A DNA stretch of 20,000 nt from Chthonomonadaceae bacterium. Lineage in GTDB: Bacteria; Armatimonadota; Chthonomonadetes; Chthonomonadales; Chthonomonadaceae. Both the position numbers and the translations under genes were made by a program. The notes under the pieces were generated by a model. The model did not search any database. It was given only the letters and a program-made list of their open reading frames with translations, and had not been told where the DNA came from. Below, one piece after another: positions 9,114-16,283 of the stretch. Position 1 is the stretch's first letter; each line of letters opens with the position of its first letter. The stretch lies in assembly GCA_035650735.1 (NCBI GenBank), contig DASRGZ010000142.1, positions 46,148 through 66,147 of the forward strand, written 5' to 3'.

Positions 9114-9425
9114 CTACTCGTTTTTTTGAGGTTGGCTCGGCGAACTGCCATTCTCCAAACACATTACGAACATATTCGTATCGCTCTGGAACACGAATTG
9201 CTTGAGACGCCAGCCGCGTGAGTAATAGGCGTTCGCGTTGGTCGGTAAGCTCTCCAATTTTCAGGCGGTGAAAATATACTGATCGTTTGACGTTTTTGCT
9301 AATGGCAAATCTTCCACGCGTGCTTCTTGAGCCGAGGATTTGCGCGTCAGAGATATGATTAGGTTTGCTGTAAGCAATAGAACGCACAGCAACAGTAGAG
9401 AACGCGTTTGCATGAACTGTTTCAC
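9114..9425 (-). pseudogene. Small secreted protein frame (signal peptide plus DUF4177-like segment) with one in-frame TGA at 9263-9261; pseudogene or recoded gene
   Basis: Manual translation: MKQFMQTRSLLLLCVLLLTANLIISLTRKSSAQEARVEDLPLAKTSNDQYIFTA*KLESLPTNANAYYSRGWRLKQFVFQSDTNMFVMCLENGSSPSQPQKNE*. AGGAG lies 8 nt upstream of the GTG. Absent from the ORF track. Confidence 0.6.
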
Positions 9426-9480
9426 GAAAACATCTCCTGACCTAAAAGAAGGGTATTGCTGAATGCAATAAGGTTACAAA

Positions 9481-9512
9481 CAGGAGTTCGGTAAGGCTTA
9501 CAAGAACTCCTG
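9481..9512 (-). terminator. Hairpin followed by a short U run in the leader of the small minus-strand gene
   Basis: CAGGAGTTC / GAACTCCTG perfect 9-bp inverted repeat with inner GTAA/TTAC stem; followed by UUUG on the minus strand. Confidence 0.4.
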
Positions 9513-9602
9513 CTCTGAAGCAACTGGAGATGGTTTTTGTATGCCCGACAGCTATTAGGAAGGGGGCGGAACTGGCGGCGACCCCAACCCGTCTAACCTT
9601 CA

Positions 9603-9740
9603 TCGCGCGCAGGCACAGGCCGTATCCCGATTGCAGCAAAGCAGGCGGAGACCACTGCGGATCAAACGTACAGGGACTCTGGGTCCTTTACGTGAGAATC
9701 CCATCGGAAAGACGCAGTGATAGGTCAGCCCTGTGCGCGA
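9603..9740 (+). ncRNA. Candidate structured RNA (nested multi-helix hairpin), family not recognised
   Basis: Nested helices 9603-9613/9730-9740, 9650-9653/9723-9726, 9653-9659/9713-9719, 9659-9662/9698-9701, 9666-9670/9689-9693, 9672-9677/9683-9688. G-U pairs favour the plus strand. Confidence 0.3.
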
Positions 9741-9845
9741 GTAGGGCCGCACTCCAGGGGACAGGCGCGTGGCCGCAGGGCACAATGGGCGCTGCTGCGG
9801 TTTTCTATTGCCCGGAGCTGGCCTCGCGCACGCGGGAGGGTCAGG

Positions 9846-10934
9846 GTGAGCACTCAAATAGGGGAGCAGGCACTGCCGCGCGCAGCCGCGAAAGAGGCCA
9901 AGACGCCGGGGCTGAAGCCGGAGGTCGAGGTCGCCTGCGTGGTCTGCGGCGGCAATACCTTTGAGATAATCTGTTCGGCGCATGAAATTGAGGTACAGCG
10001 GGAGTATCTGCGCGCGTTCCACCGCCGCCGCCTGCGTCCCGAAGCGCCGCCCTCCGCGCTTGCCGACCGCGCCGAGTTCACCCAGGACTACTCTACCAAC
10101 GTGGAGGCATGTCGTTCCTGCGGCCTGGTGCTGCGCAACCCGCGCCCCAGCCGCAAGGCGATTTTCCTGGCCTACCGCCGAGATCACTACGGCCCGGAGC
10201 GCCTGCAGTCGCTCTTCGAGGCGCAACTAGAATGGGAACGTCCCAGGGCACGCGCTTTGCGGCGCTGGCTGCCGTCGGGGGCGCGTGTGGCGGAGGTCGG
10301 CAGTTTTGTGGGCGGCTTCCTGGCGGCGGGACGGGAACAGGGCTGGGAAATGCTGGGAGTAGACCCCGGCGAAGAGGTGGACGACTTCTGCGCCAGGCAC
10401 GGGCTGCCGGTCTTCAAGGGAACGCTGGACGAGGCGCCGCTGCTGCCGGCCTCGCTCGACTGCGTGGCCATCTGGAACACCTTCGATCAGATGCCCGACC
10501 CGCACCCAACCCTGCGCGCGGCCCGTCGCCTGCTGCATCCCGGCGGCCTGCTGGCGGTGCGCGTGCCCAACGGCCGGTGCTTCCGAGCCTGCACGCACTG
10601 GCTACGGCGCGCTCGTCATACCCCGCTGCGCCCGCTCGCCGCCTGGCTGCTCTGCGCGATGGCCTGGAACAACCTGCTCGCCTTCCCCTACCTCTACGGC
10701 TACTCCGTCCCGACCCTGGATCGCCTGCTGGCCCGCTACGGCCTGGAGCGGGTAGGCGCGCGGGGCGATACGCTAGTACGCCTGGCGGATGCGCAGACGA
10801 AGCGCTGGGCGGCCTGGGAGGAGCGGCTTAGCAAAGCGGCCTTTCACCTGGCGGCCCGGATGGAGGCGCTCCATCCCCGCTGCCAGTTTACGCTTGCGCC
10901 CTGGCTGGATGTCCTCTATCGTCTCCCCGCCTGA
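9846..10934 (+). CDS. Class I SAM-dependent methyltransferase with N-terminal CxxC..CxxC zinc-ribbon
   Basis: GTG 9846 after GGGAGG; CVVCG...CRSCGL; motif I VAEVGSFVGGFL; GVDP; LDCVAIWNTFDQMPDP; LLHPGGLLAVRVPN. Confidence 0.88.
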   Translation: MSTQIGEQALPRAAAKEAKTPGLKPEVEVACVVCGGNTFEIICSAHEIEVQREYLRAFHRRRLRPEAPPSALADRAEFTQDYSTNVEACRSCGLVLRNPRPSRKAIFLAYRRDHYGPERLQSLFEAQLEWERPRARALRRWLPSGARVAEVGSFVGGFLAAGREQGWEMLGVDPGEEVDDFCARHGLPVFKGTLDEAPLLPASLDCVAIWNTFDQMPDPHPTLRAARRLLHPGGLLAVRVPNGRCFRACTHWLRRARHTPLRPLAAWLLCAMAWNNLLAFPYLYGYSVPTLDRLLARYGLERVGARGDTLVRLADAQTKRWAAWEERLSKAAFHLAARMEALHPRCQFTLAPWLDVLYRLPA

Positions 10935-11022
10935 CCGGCTCCCCTGCCATACAGGCTCCCGGAAAGAATACGGAAGGACGCTCCCCCCAACACCCAGAAG
11001 GGATATTGCCCCGGACTGAAGA

Positions 11023-11042
11023 AATAAATATGCGCATTTATT
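11023..11042. promoter_or_regulatory. AT-rich inverted repeat, possible operator upstream of the cyclase gene
   Basis: AATAAAT-atgcgc-ATTTATT in an otherwise GC-rich intergenic region. Confidence 0.35.
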
Positions 11043-11132
11043 GCTCTCAAATTGCCTGATAGGCCGACCCGGTGAGGTTGGGCTTTGCTGCCCTGCCGCA
11101 AAGCACTCTCTGCGACCCGCAAAGCTCTCTTG

Positions 11133-11217
11133 ATGGCCCCTGCGCAGGGATCGAATGTTTCGTGGCTCGTGGTACGTGGCTCGTGATCCCTTTATGGCCC
11201 TTGCGCAGGGGTCGAAT
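11133..11217. repeat. 24-bp direct repeat pair (22/24 identical) flanking four heptamers
   Basis: ATGGCCCCTGCGCAGGGATCGAAT (11133-11156) and ATGGCCCTTGCGCAGGGGTCGAAT (11194-11217); between them TCGTGGC TCGTGGT ACGTGGC TCGTGAT (11160-11187). Confidence 0.85.
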
Positions 11218-11292
11218 AGCCGTTATTGCTGTTCTGTAGACGCGGCAAGCCAGGGCGTCGCGGAACAGGGAGGAATCCGGGAGTCACGCTCT

Positions 11293-14200
11293 ATGCCGCC
11301 CCTTCTTGAGAATCTAGCCAGCTACGTCCCGGCCCTGATACTGCGCCGTTTTGCCAGGAGCGCCGATTCCGCCGCCGAGCCGGACCGACAATACTTCCCC
11401 GCCGCCGTTCTCTACGTGGATATAAGCGGCTTCACTGCGCTGACCCAACGGTTCGCCCAACGCGGCATGGAGGGGGTGGAGGAGCTTACCGCCCTGCTCA
11501 ACGCCTACTTTGAGCCGCTAATTGAGCTAATTTCGGCCCATGGCGGCGACATCGTCAAGCTGGTGGGCGATGCGCTGATCGTGGTCTGGACGGCGGAGGA
11601 GACCCAAGAACCGCTCTCCAGCCTGGTCAGCCGGGCGGCGCAGTGCGGCCTATCCATACAGTCCGTGCTCAACAACTATGCGGTGGCCGAGGGCATACGG
11701 CTGCTGCTGCGCGTGGGGATCGGGGCCGGCGAAGTCCTTCCGATGTACGTGGGCGGGGCCTACGATCGCTGGGAGCTGCTGCTGGCGGGCACGCCGTTTG
11801 TCCAGATGGGCGTCGCCGAGCAGCGGGCCCATCCCGGCGAGGTCGTCCTCTCGCCGGAAGCCTGGGCGCTTGTTCAGGACAGGTGCGCGGGCACTCCGGC
11901 GGAAGCGGGCTGCGTACGGCTGGAAGCGGTGCGCGGCGCGCTTCCCCTGCGCCCGATGGATTCGCCGCTTCCTCCTCGCGAAGCGGCCTCGGCGCTTTGG
12001 GCCTACCTTCCTGCGGCGGTTCGCTCCCGCCTTGCCGCCGGGCAGACGGAATGGCTGGCCGAACTGCGGCGGGTGACCGTGCTTTTCATCAACTTGCCGG
12101 ACCTGGATTACCACACGCCGGACGGGCTGGAGCAGATACAGGTCATCATGCGGACGCTCCAGGCCGCGCTGTATCGCTACGAAGGCAGCCTGAATAAACT
12201 GTTCGTGGATGATAAGGGCCTGACCATTATGGCGGCGATGGGACTGCCTCCGTTCGCCCATGAGAACGATGTCGTTCGCGGCGTGCAGGCGGCCCAGGAG
12301 ATGCAGACCAGGCTGCGCGGGTTGGGCGCTCGCTGTGGCATCGGGATGGCGACCGGGCGGGTCTTCTGCGGCGTGGTGGGCAGCGCGCGGCGCTGTGAGT
12401 ACACCATGATCGGCGACGTGGTCAACCTGGCCGCCCGGCTGGCGGAGTTGGCCCAGGATGCTATTCTCTGCGACGCCGCCACCTGCCAGGCAGCCCAGGC
12501 GCGGGTGGCCTTTGAAACGCTGCCGCCCCTGAGCGTGCAAGGCTATACCGAGCCGGTTGCCGTCTACCGCCCGCACAAAGGAGCCCCTACGCCCGATAGC
12601 CAGCGTTCCCTGGTGGGACGGATACCGGAGCGGGCCCGGCTGGCGCAGTGCCTCGAAGCCCTCCGCAGCGGCGAGAGCGGCCTTGTCCTCATTGAGGGAG
12701 AGGCCGGAATGGGCAAATCCCGGCTGGTGGCTGACCTCCTGGATCGCGCCGCCGCCGACGACGTGACCCGGCTGGTCGGCGCAGGCGATGCCGTCGAGGA
12801 GTTCATGCCCTACCACGCCTGGCGGCCTATCTTTAGCCGCCTCCTGGAGATAGAGAGTCTCTCGGACCCGGAAACGCGACGCACCCATGTGCTCCACAGG
12901 CTCCAATCCGATCCGGAAGCGGCCTCGTTGGCTCCGTTATTGAACGCCATCCTGCCTCTGGACCTGCCGGAAAACGATCTGACCCGGGAGATGACCGGGC
13001 AGGTGCGCGCCGACAAGACGCACGAGTTGCTGCTGCGCCTCTTGCAGCAGGCGGTCCGCCAGACGCCGGCAGTGCTGGTGCTGGAAGATGCCCACTGGTT
13101 CGATTCCGCCTCCTGGAACCTGGCCCTGCTGGTCCATCAGCGCGTCGCGCCCGTCCTGCTCGTGCTGACCACGCGCCCGCTTTCCGATCCGCTTCCCTCA
13201 GACTACCGTCGGCTGCTCCAGATGCCTGGCCTGCACCGATTGTCGCTGGAGGCGCTGCTGCCCGCAGAGACGCTGACCCTGGTGTCCCACCGGCTGGGCG
13301 TGGCGGCGTTGCCGGAACTCGTCGCCGCGCTGATTCAGCAGAAAGCGCAGGGCAATCCGTTCTTCAGCGAAGAGCTGGCCTATGCCCTCCGGGACTCCGG
13401 CTTTCTCGTGATACAAGACGGGGTGTGTGAGGTCGCGCCCGACGTAGACCTGAGCGCCATCCAGTTCCCGGATACCGTGCAGGGCGTCATCCTGGGCCGC
13501 ATTGATCGCCTCACGCCCTCCCAGCAGTTGACGCTCAAGGTGGCAAGCGTCATCGGGCGCGCCTTTGCGTTTCGGATTTTGCGCGATGTCTATCCCCTGG
13601 AGCCGGACAAAGGGGCGATTCTGGACTATCTGGAAGCCCTGGTAAAGATGAATTTGACAATGCTGGAGACGCCGGAGCCGGAACTGGCCTATATCTTCAA
13701 GCACGTCATTACCCAGGAGGTCGCTTACAACCTGATGCTCTTCGCGCAGCGGCGTCAGCTTCACCGCGCCATTGCCGAGTGGTATGAGCGCGCGCATGCG
13801 GAAGACCTTGCGCCTTTCTATTCCCTCCTGGCCTATCACTGGGGCCGGGCTGAAGACGCGCCGAAGGCTATGGACTATCTGGAGAAGGCCGGCGAGCAGG
13901 CGCTGCGGAATGGGGCCTATCAGGAAGCCATCGAGCTGCTGAGCGAGGCAATGGCGCTCTCTGCACACCATGCGTCCGGCGCGGCCTCGGAGGTGGATAG
14001 GCTGCGGCGGGCGCGTTGGGAGCGGCAGTTGGGAGAGGCGTATCTGGGGCTTGGCCACCGACCGGAGAGCCGTCAGCATCTCGAACGGGCGCTCGCTCTG
14101 CTGGGCTATCCGATTCCGACCTCCCGGGGGAAACTGGCGGTGAGCCTGGCCGGGCAGATGCTGGTGCAAGCTCTGCACCGAACGCGCCTCCGCTGGCTGG

Positions 14201-15423
14201 CAGGCCGCTACCGGAGGGCCGGCGCGGCGGCGCACGAGGCGGCGCGGGCCTATGAGCGGCTGGCGGAGATATATTATATCGCCAATGAGACCGCCCGCTT
14301 GGTGCATGCCATGCTGCATACGGGCAATCTGGTGGAAGCGGGCGGCCCCTCTCCAGAGCTGGCGCGGGCCTACGGCAATCTCTGCCTGGCCGCCGGGGTC
14401 GTGCCGCTGCATCGGCTCGCCGCCCTCTATGATTGCCAGGCACGGGAGATCGCCCGGAAGGTCGGGCATCCTGCCGCGCTCGCCTGGACGCTGGAAGTGA
14501 CCAGCATCTACCGGATCGGCCTGGGCCATTGGGAGGCAGCCCAGCAGGCGCTGGAACAGGCGATCTCCGTCTTTCAGCGCCTAGAAGACCGCTCCCACTG
14601 GTGCGAGTGCATGACGTTTCTGGGCGACGTAAGCTATCATCAGGGGCAGTTTGCGCGCTGCGCGCAAATCTATGTGGACCTCTATCATGCCGCCCTGAGC
14701 AGCGGCAATACGCAGGCACAAGCCTGGGGATTTCTTGGGCAGGCGCAGAGCGTCCTGGCGCTGGGACAGACAGATCAAGCGTTGAGGCTGGCGGAAAAGG
14801 TGGTGGAGCTGACGGTGGCGCAAACCACCGAGAGTATGGACCTGCCAAGCGGTATCGTGGCCTATGCCGTCCTGGGTCTGGCCCATCTACAGCGTGGGGA
14901 GCAAGAGGCGGCTCAAAAAGCGGCGGAAGAAGGTCTGCGGCTCGCCAAGCGGGTTCCTCCGGCCTCTATCGGGGTCAGCGAAGGGTATACCTCGCTTCCC
15001 GAGGTCTTTCTGGCGCTCTGGGAGAAGGGGAACTTTGCTTCGGATGCTGAGCGGCAGCAGGTCGCGCTAGAGGCCCAGCAAGCCTGCGCGGTATTGAACC
15101 GGTACGCGCGGGTCTTTCCCATCGCCCGTCCACGCGCCTATCTCTGGCAGGGGCTGGCGCACTGGCTGGCGGGACGCTCCAGGCGCGCGCGGAGAGCCTG
15201 GCGCTGTAGCCTGGAGGCTGCAACGCGGCTGCACATGCCCTATGAAGAGGCCCTGGCGCACTACGAGATCGGGCGGCATTTGCCGCAGGGAGACCCCATC
15301 CGGCAGCGCCATCTCGATTCCGCCTGTGAGATCTTTACCCGGCTTGGCGCCTACAGTCGCCTGGCCAGCGCCCAGGCAGCCGCCTCTCCGCAATGCCTTG
15401 GCACCCCTGCGGCGCTCCGTTGA
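11293..15423 (+). CDS. Class III adenylate cyclase with two cyclase domains, STAND/AAA ATPase and TPR-like C-terminus (soluble adenylyl cyclase-like)
   Basis: C1: LYVDISGFT, GGDIVKLVGDAL. C2: GSLNKLFVDDKG, EYTMIGDVVNLAARL. Walker A GEAGMGKS, Walker B LVLEDAHW, GNPFF, ASVIG, YIFKH..QEVAY, helical repeats. Start at ATG 11293 after GGGAG. Confidence 0.93.
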   Translation: MPPLLENLASYVPALILRRFARSADSAAEPDRQYFPAAVLYVDISGFTALTQRFAQRGMEGVEELTALLNAYFEPLIELISAHGGDIVKLVGDALIVVWTAEETQEPLSSLVSRAAQCGLSIQSVLNNYAVAEGIRLLLRVGIGAGEVLPMYVGGAYDRWELLLAGTPFVQMGVAEQRAHPGEVVLSPEAWALVQDRCAGTPAEAGCVRLEAVRGALPLRPMDSPLPPREAASALWAYLPAAVRSRLAAGQTEWLAELRRVTVLFINLPDLDYHTPDGLEQIQVIMRTLQAALYRYEGSLNKLFVDDKGLTIMAAMGLPPFAHENDVVRGVQAAQEMQTRLRGLGARCGIGMATGRVFCGVVGSARRCEYTMIGDVVNLAARLAELAQDAILCDAATCQAAQARVAFETLPPLSVQGYTEPVAVYRPHKGAPTPDSQRSLVGRIPERARLAQCLEALRSGESGLVLIEGEAGMGKSRLVADLLDRAAADDVTRLVGAGDAVEEFMPYHAWRPIFSRLLEIESLSDPETRRTHVLHRLQSDPEAASLAPLLNAILPLDLPENDLTREMTGQVRADKTHELLLRLLQQAVRQTPAVLVLEDAHWFDSASWNLALLVHQRVAPVLLVLTTRPLSDPLPSDYRRLLQMPGLHRLSLEALLPAETLTLVSHRLGVAALPELVAALIQQKAQGNPFFSEELAYALRDSGFLVIQDGVCEVAPDVDLSAIQFPDTVQGVILGRIDRLTPSQQLTLKVASVIGRAFAFRILRDVYPLEPDKGAILDYLEALVKMNLTMLETPEPELAYIFKHVITQEVAYNLMLFAQRRQLHRAIAEWYERAHAEDLAPFYSLLAYHWGRAEDAPKAMDYLEKAGEQALRNGAYQEAIELLSEAMALSAHHASGAASEVDRLRRARWERQLGEAYLGLGHRPESRQHLERALALLGYPIPTSRGKLAVSLAGQMLVQALHRTRLRWLAGRYRRAGAAAHEAARAYERLAEIYYIANETARLVHAMLHTGNLVEAGGPSPELARAYGNLCLAAGVVPLHRLAALYDCQAREIARKVGHPAALAWTLEVTSIYRIGLGHWEAAQQALEQAISVFQRLEDRSHWCECMTFLGDVSYHQGQFARCAQIYVDLYHAALSSGNTQAQAWGFLGQAQSVLALGQTDQALRLAEKVVELTVAQTTESMDLPSGIVAYAVLGLAHLQRGEQEAAQKAAEEGLRLAKRVPPASIGVSEGYTSLPEVFLALWEKGNFASDAERQQVALEAQQACAVLNRYARVFPIARPRAYLWQGLAHWLAGRSRRARRAWRCSLEAATRLHMPYEEALAHYEIGRHLPQGDPIRQRHLDSACEIFTRLGAYSRLASAQAAASPQCLGTPAALR

Positions 15424-15442
15424 GGCTGCCCACTCCACCCAG

Positions 15443-15665
15443 CCTAACCCCCAGCCCCCTTCCCTGCCCGCTCGTACCTCGCTAGGGAAGGGGGACCCGG
15501 CTTCCGCTCTCCCCTCCCCTGTTCTTGGGGGAGGGGCCGGGGGTGGGGGCCTCTTCCTTCTGCCTTGCAGGGAGAAGGGCCGGGGATGAGGGGAGATAAA
15601 AGAGAACGGAAGTACCTGGCAGTGAAGACCCCTCCCCTTGAGAAGGAGAGGGGACGAGGGTTGAG
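15443..15665. repeat. Cluster of REP-like palindromic repeats, copy B
   Basis: CCTAACCCCCAGCCCCCTTCCCT...AGGGAAGGGGG and further CCCTCCCC...GGGGAGGGG hairpins; 15469-15530 is nearly identical to 18280-18343. Confidence 0.85.
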
Positions 15666-15706
15666 TGCGCCCACTCTATAGACACCACCAATGGGAGAAC
15701 GGAAAC

Positions 15707-16234
15707 ATGGATATTCTAGACCGGCTTTTAGGACATGACGCCTGGACAACACGGCAATTGTTGCTGCAATGCCGCGACTTATCGGAGGAACAGCTAGACC
15801 GCCCGTTTGATATTGGAAATAGAAGCCTGCGCGATACGTTGGAACATATCATCGCCTGCATGGAAAGTCATACCGACTTCCTGCTGAGACGAAGTTACGT
15901 GCCTGGAGGCCGGGACGACACATCCGTCGAGGGAATGCTCAGGCGATTGACGATTGTCGCCAAAGACTTCGCCGAGCTTGCGACCCGGGTTCAACGGGAA
16001 GGCAGGGCGGATGAAATGATCACCAATCCAAATAGTGGCAATCGAAGGTCGCTGGGCGGTGTCATCGCCCATCTCCTCACCCACAGTATGCACCACCGTG
16101 CCCAGGCGTTGTACATGCTGGATCAACTGGGGGGCGAGAATGTGATTGAAGGCGACGTCCTCGGTTGGGAAGCGGCAGCGCGCGGTTGGGGTTGGGAGGA
16201 TGGCGGGAGCTATGGCCGTATGAAAGCGGACTGA
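15707..16234 (+). CDS. DinB family protein (putative thiol S-transferase fold)
   Basis: MDILDRLLGHDAWTTRQLL; SLRDTLEHII and HLLTHSMHHRAQ supply the DinB His triad; GGGAG RBS. Confidence 0.9.
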   Translation: MDILDRLLGHDAWTTRQLLLQCRDLSEEQLDRPFDIGNRSLRDTLEHIIACMESHTDFLLRRSYVPGGRDDTSVEGMLRRLTIVAKDFAELATRVQREGRADEMITNPNSGNRRSLGGVIAHLLTHSMHHRAQALYMLDQLGGENVIEGDVLGWEAAARGWGWEDGGSYGRMKAD

Positions 16235-16245
16235 GGTATGCAGTG

Positions 16246-16277
16246 ATTCCTCCCTGGCCTGAAGGCATGGAGCTTTG
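16246..16277. mobile_element. Degenerate IS200/IS605-type subterminal hairpin (orphan end)
   Basis: Minus strand reads AAAGCTCCATGCCTTCAGGCCAGGGAGGAAT, resembling the AAGCCCC.GCCTTCAGGC.GGGGAG palindrome of IS200/IS605/IS1341 ends (recalled pattern, not a search). No tnpA or tnpB nearby. Confidence 0.45.
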
Positions 16278-16283
16278 CGGTGA

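Noticed and set aside
9097..9387. 96-aa minus-strand ORF from the track
   Set aside because: No RBS or recognisable features; the overlapping frame 9425..9114 has an RBS and signal peptide. Not fully excluded.
9603..9740. Assignment of the hairpin as 6S RNA, retron ncRNA or SAM/SAH riboswitch
   Set aside because: No two-sided central bubble, no reverse transcriptase nearby, and the conserved aptamer motifs were not found; kept only as an unclassified candidate.
11126..11217. Possible mini-CRISPR array
   Set aside because: Only two imperfect repeats, the spacer is itself a heptamer tandem, and no cas genes are present.
11155..11292. N-terminal extensions in the ORF track (cyclase here; also aroF, lipid kinase, methyltransferase, ABC exporter)
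   Set aside because: They run through repeats or intergenic sequence; downstream starts fit domain boundaries and mostly have RBS motifs.
11650..14848. Long antisense ORFs (418, 443 and 326 aa) inside the cyclase gene, and similar shadow ORFs elsewhere
   Set aside because: Expected from high-GC codon bias; no domain motifs.
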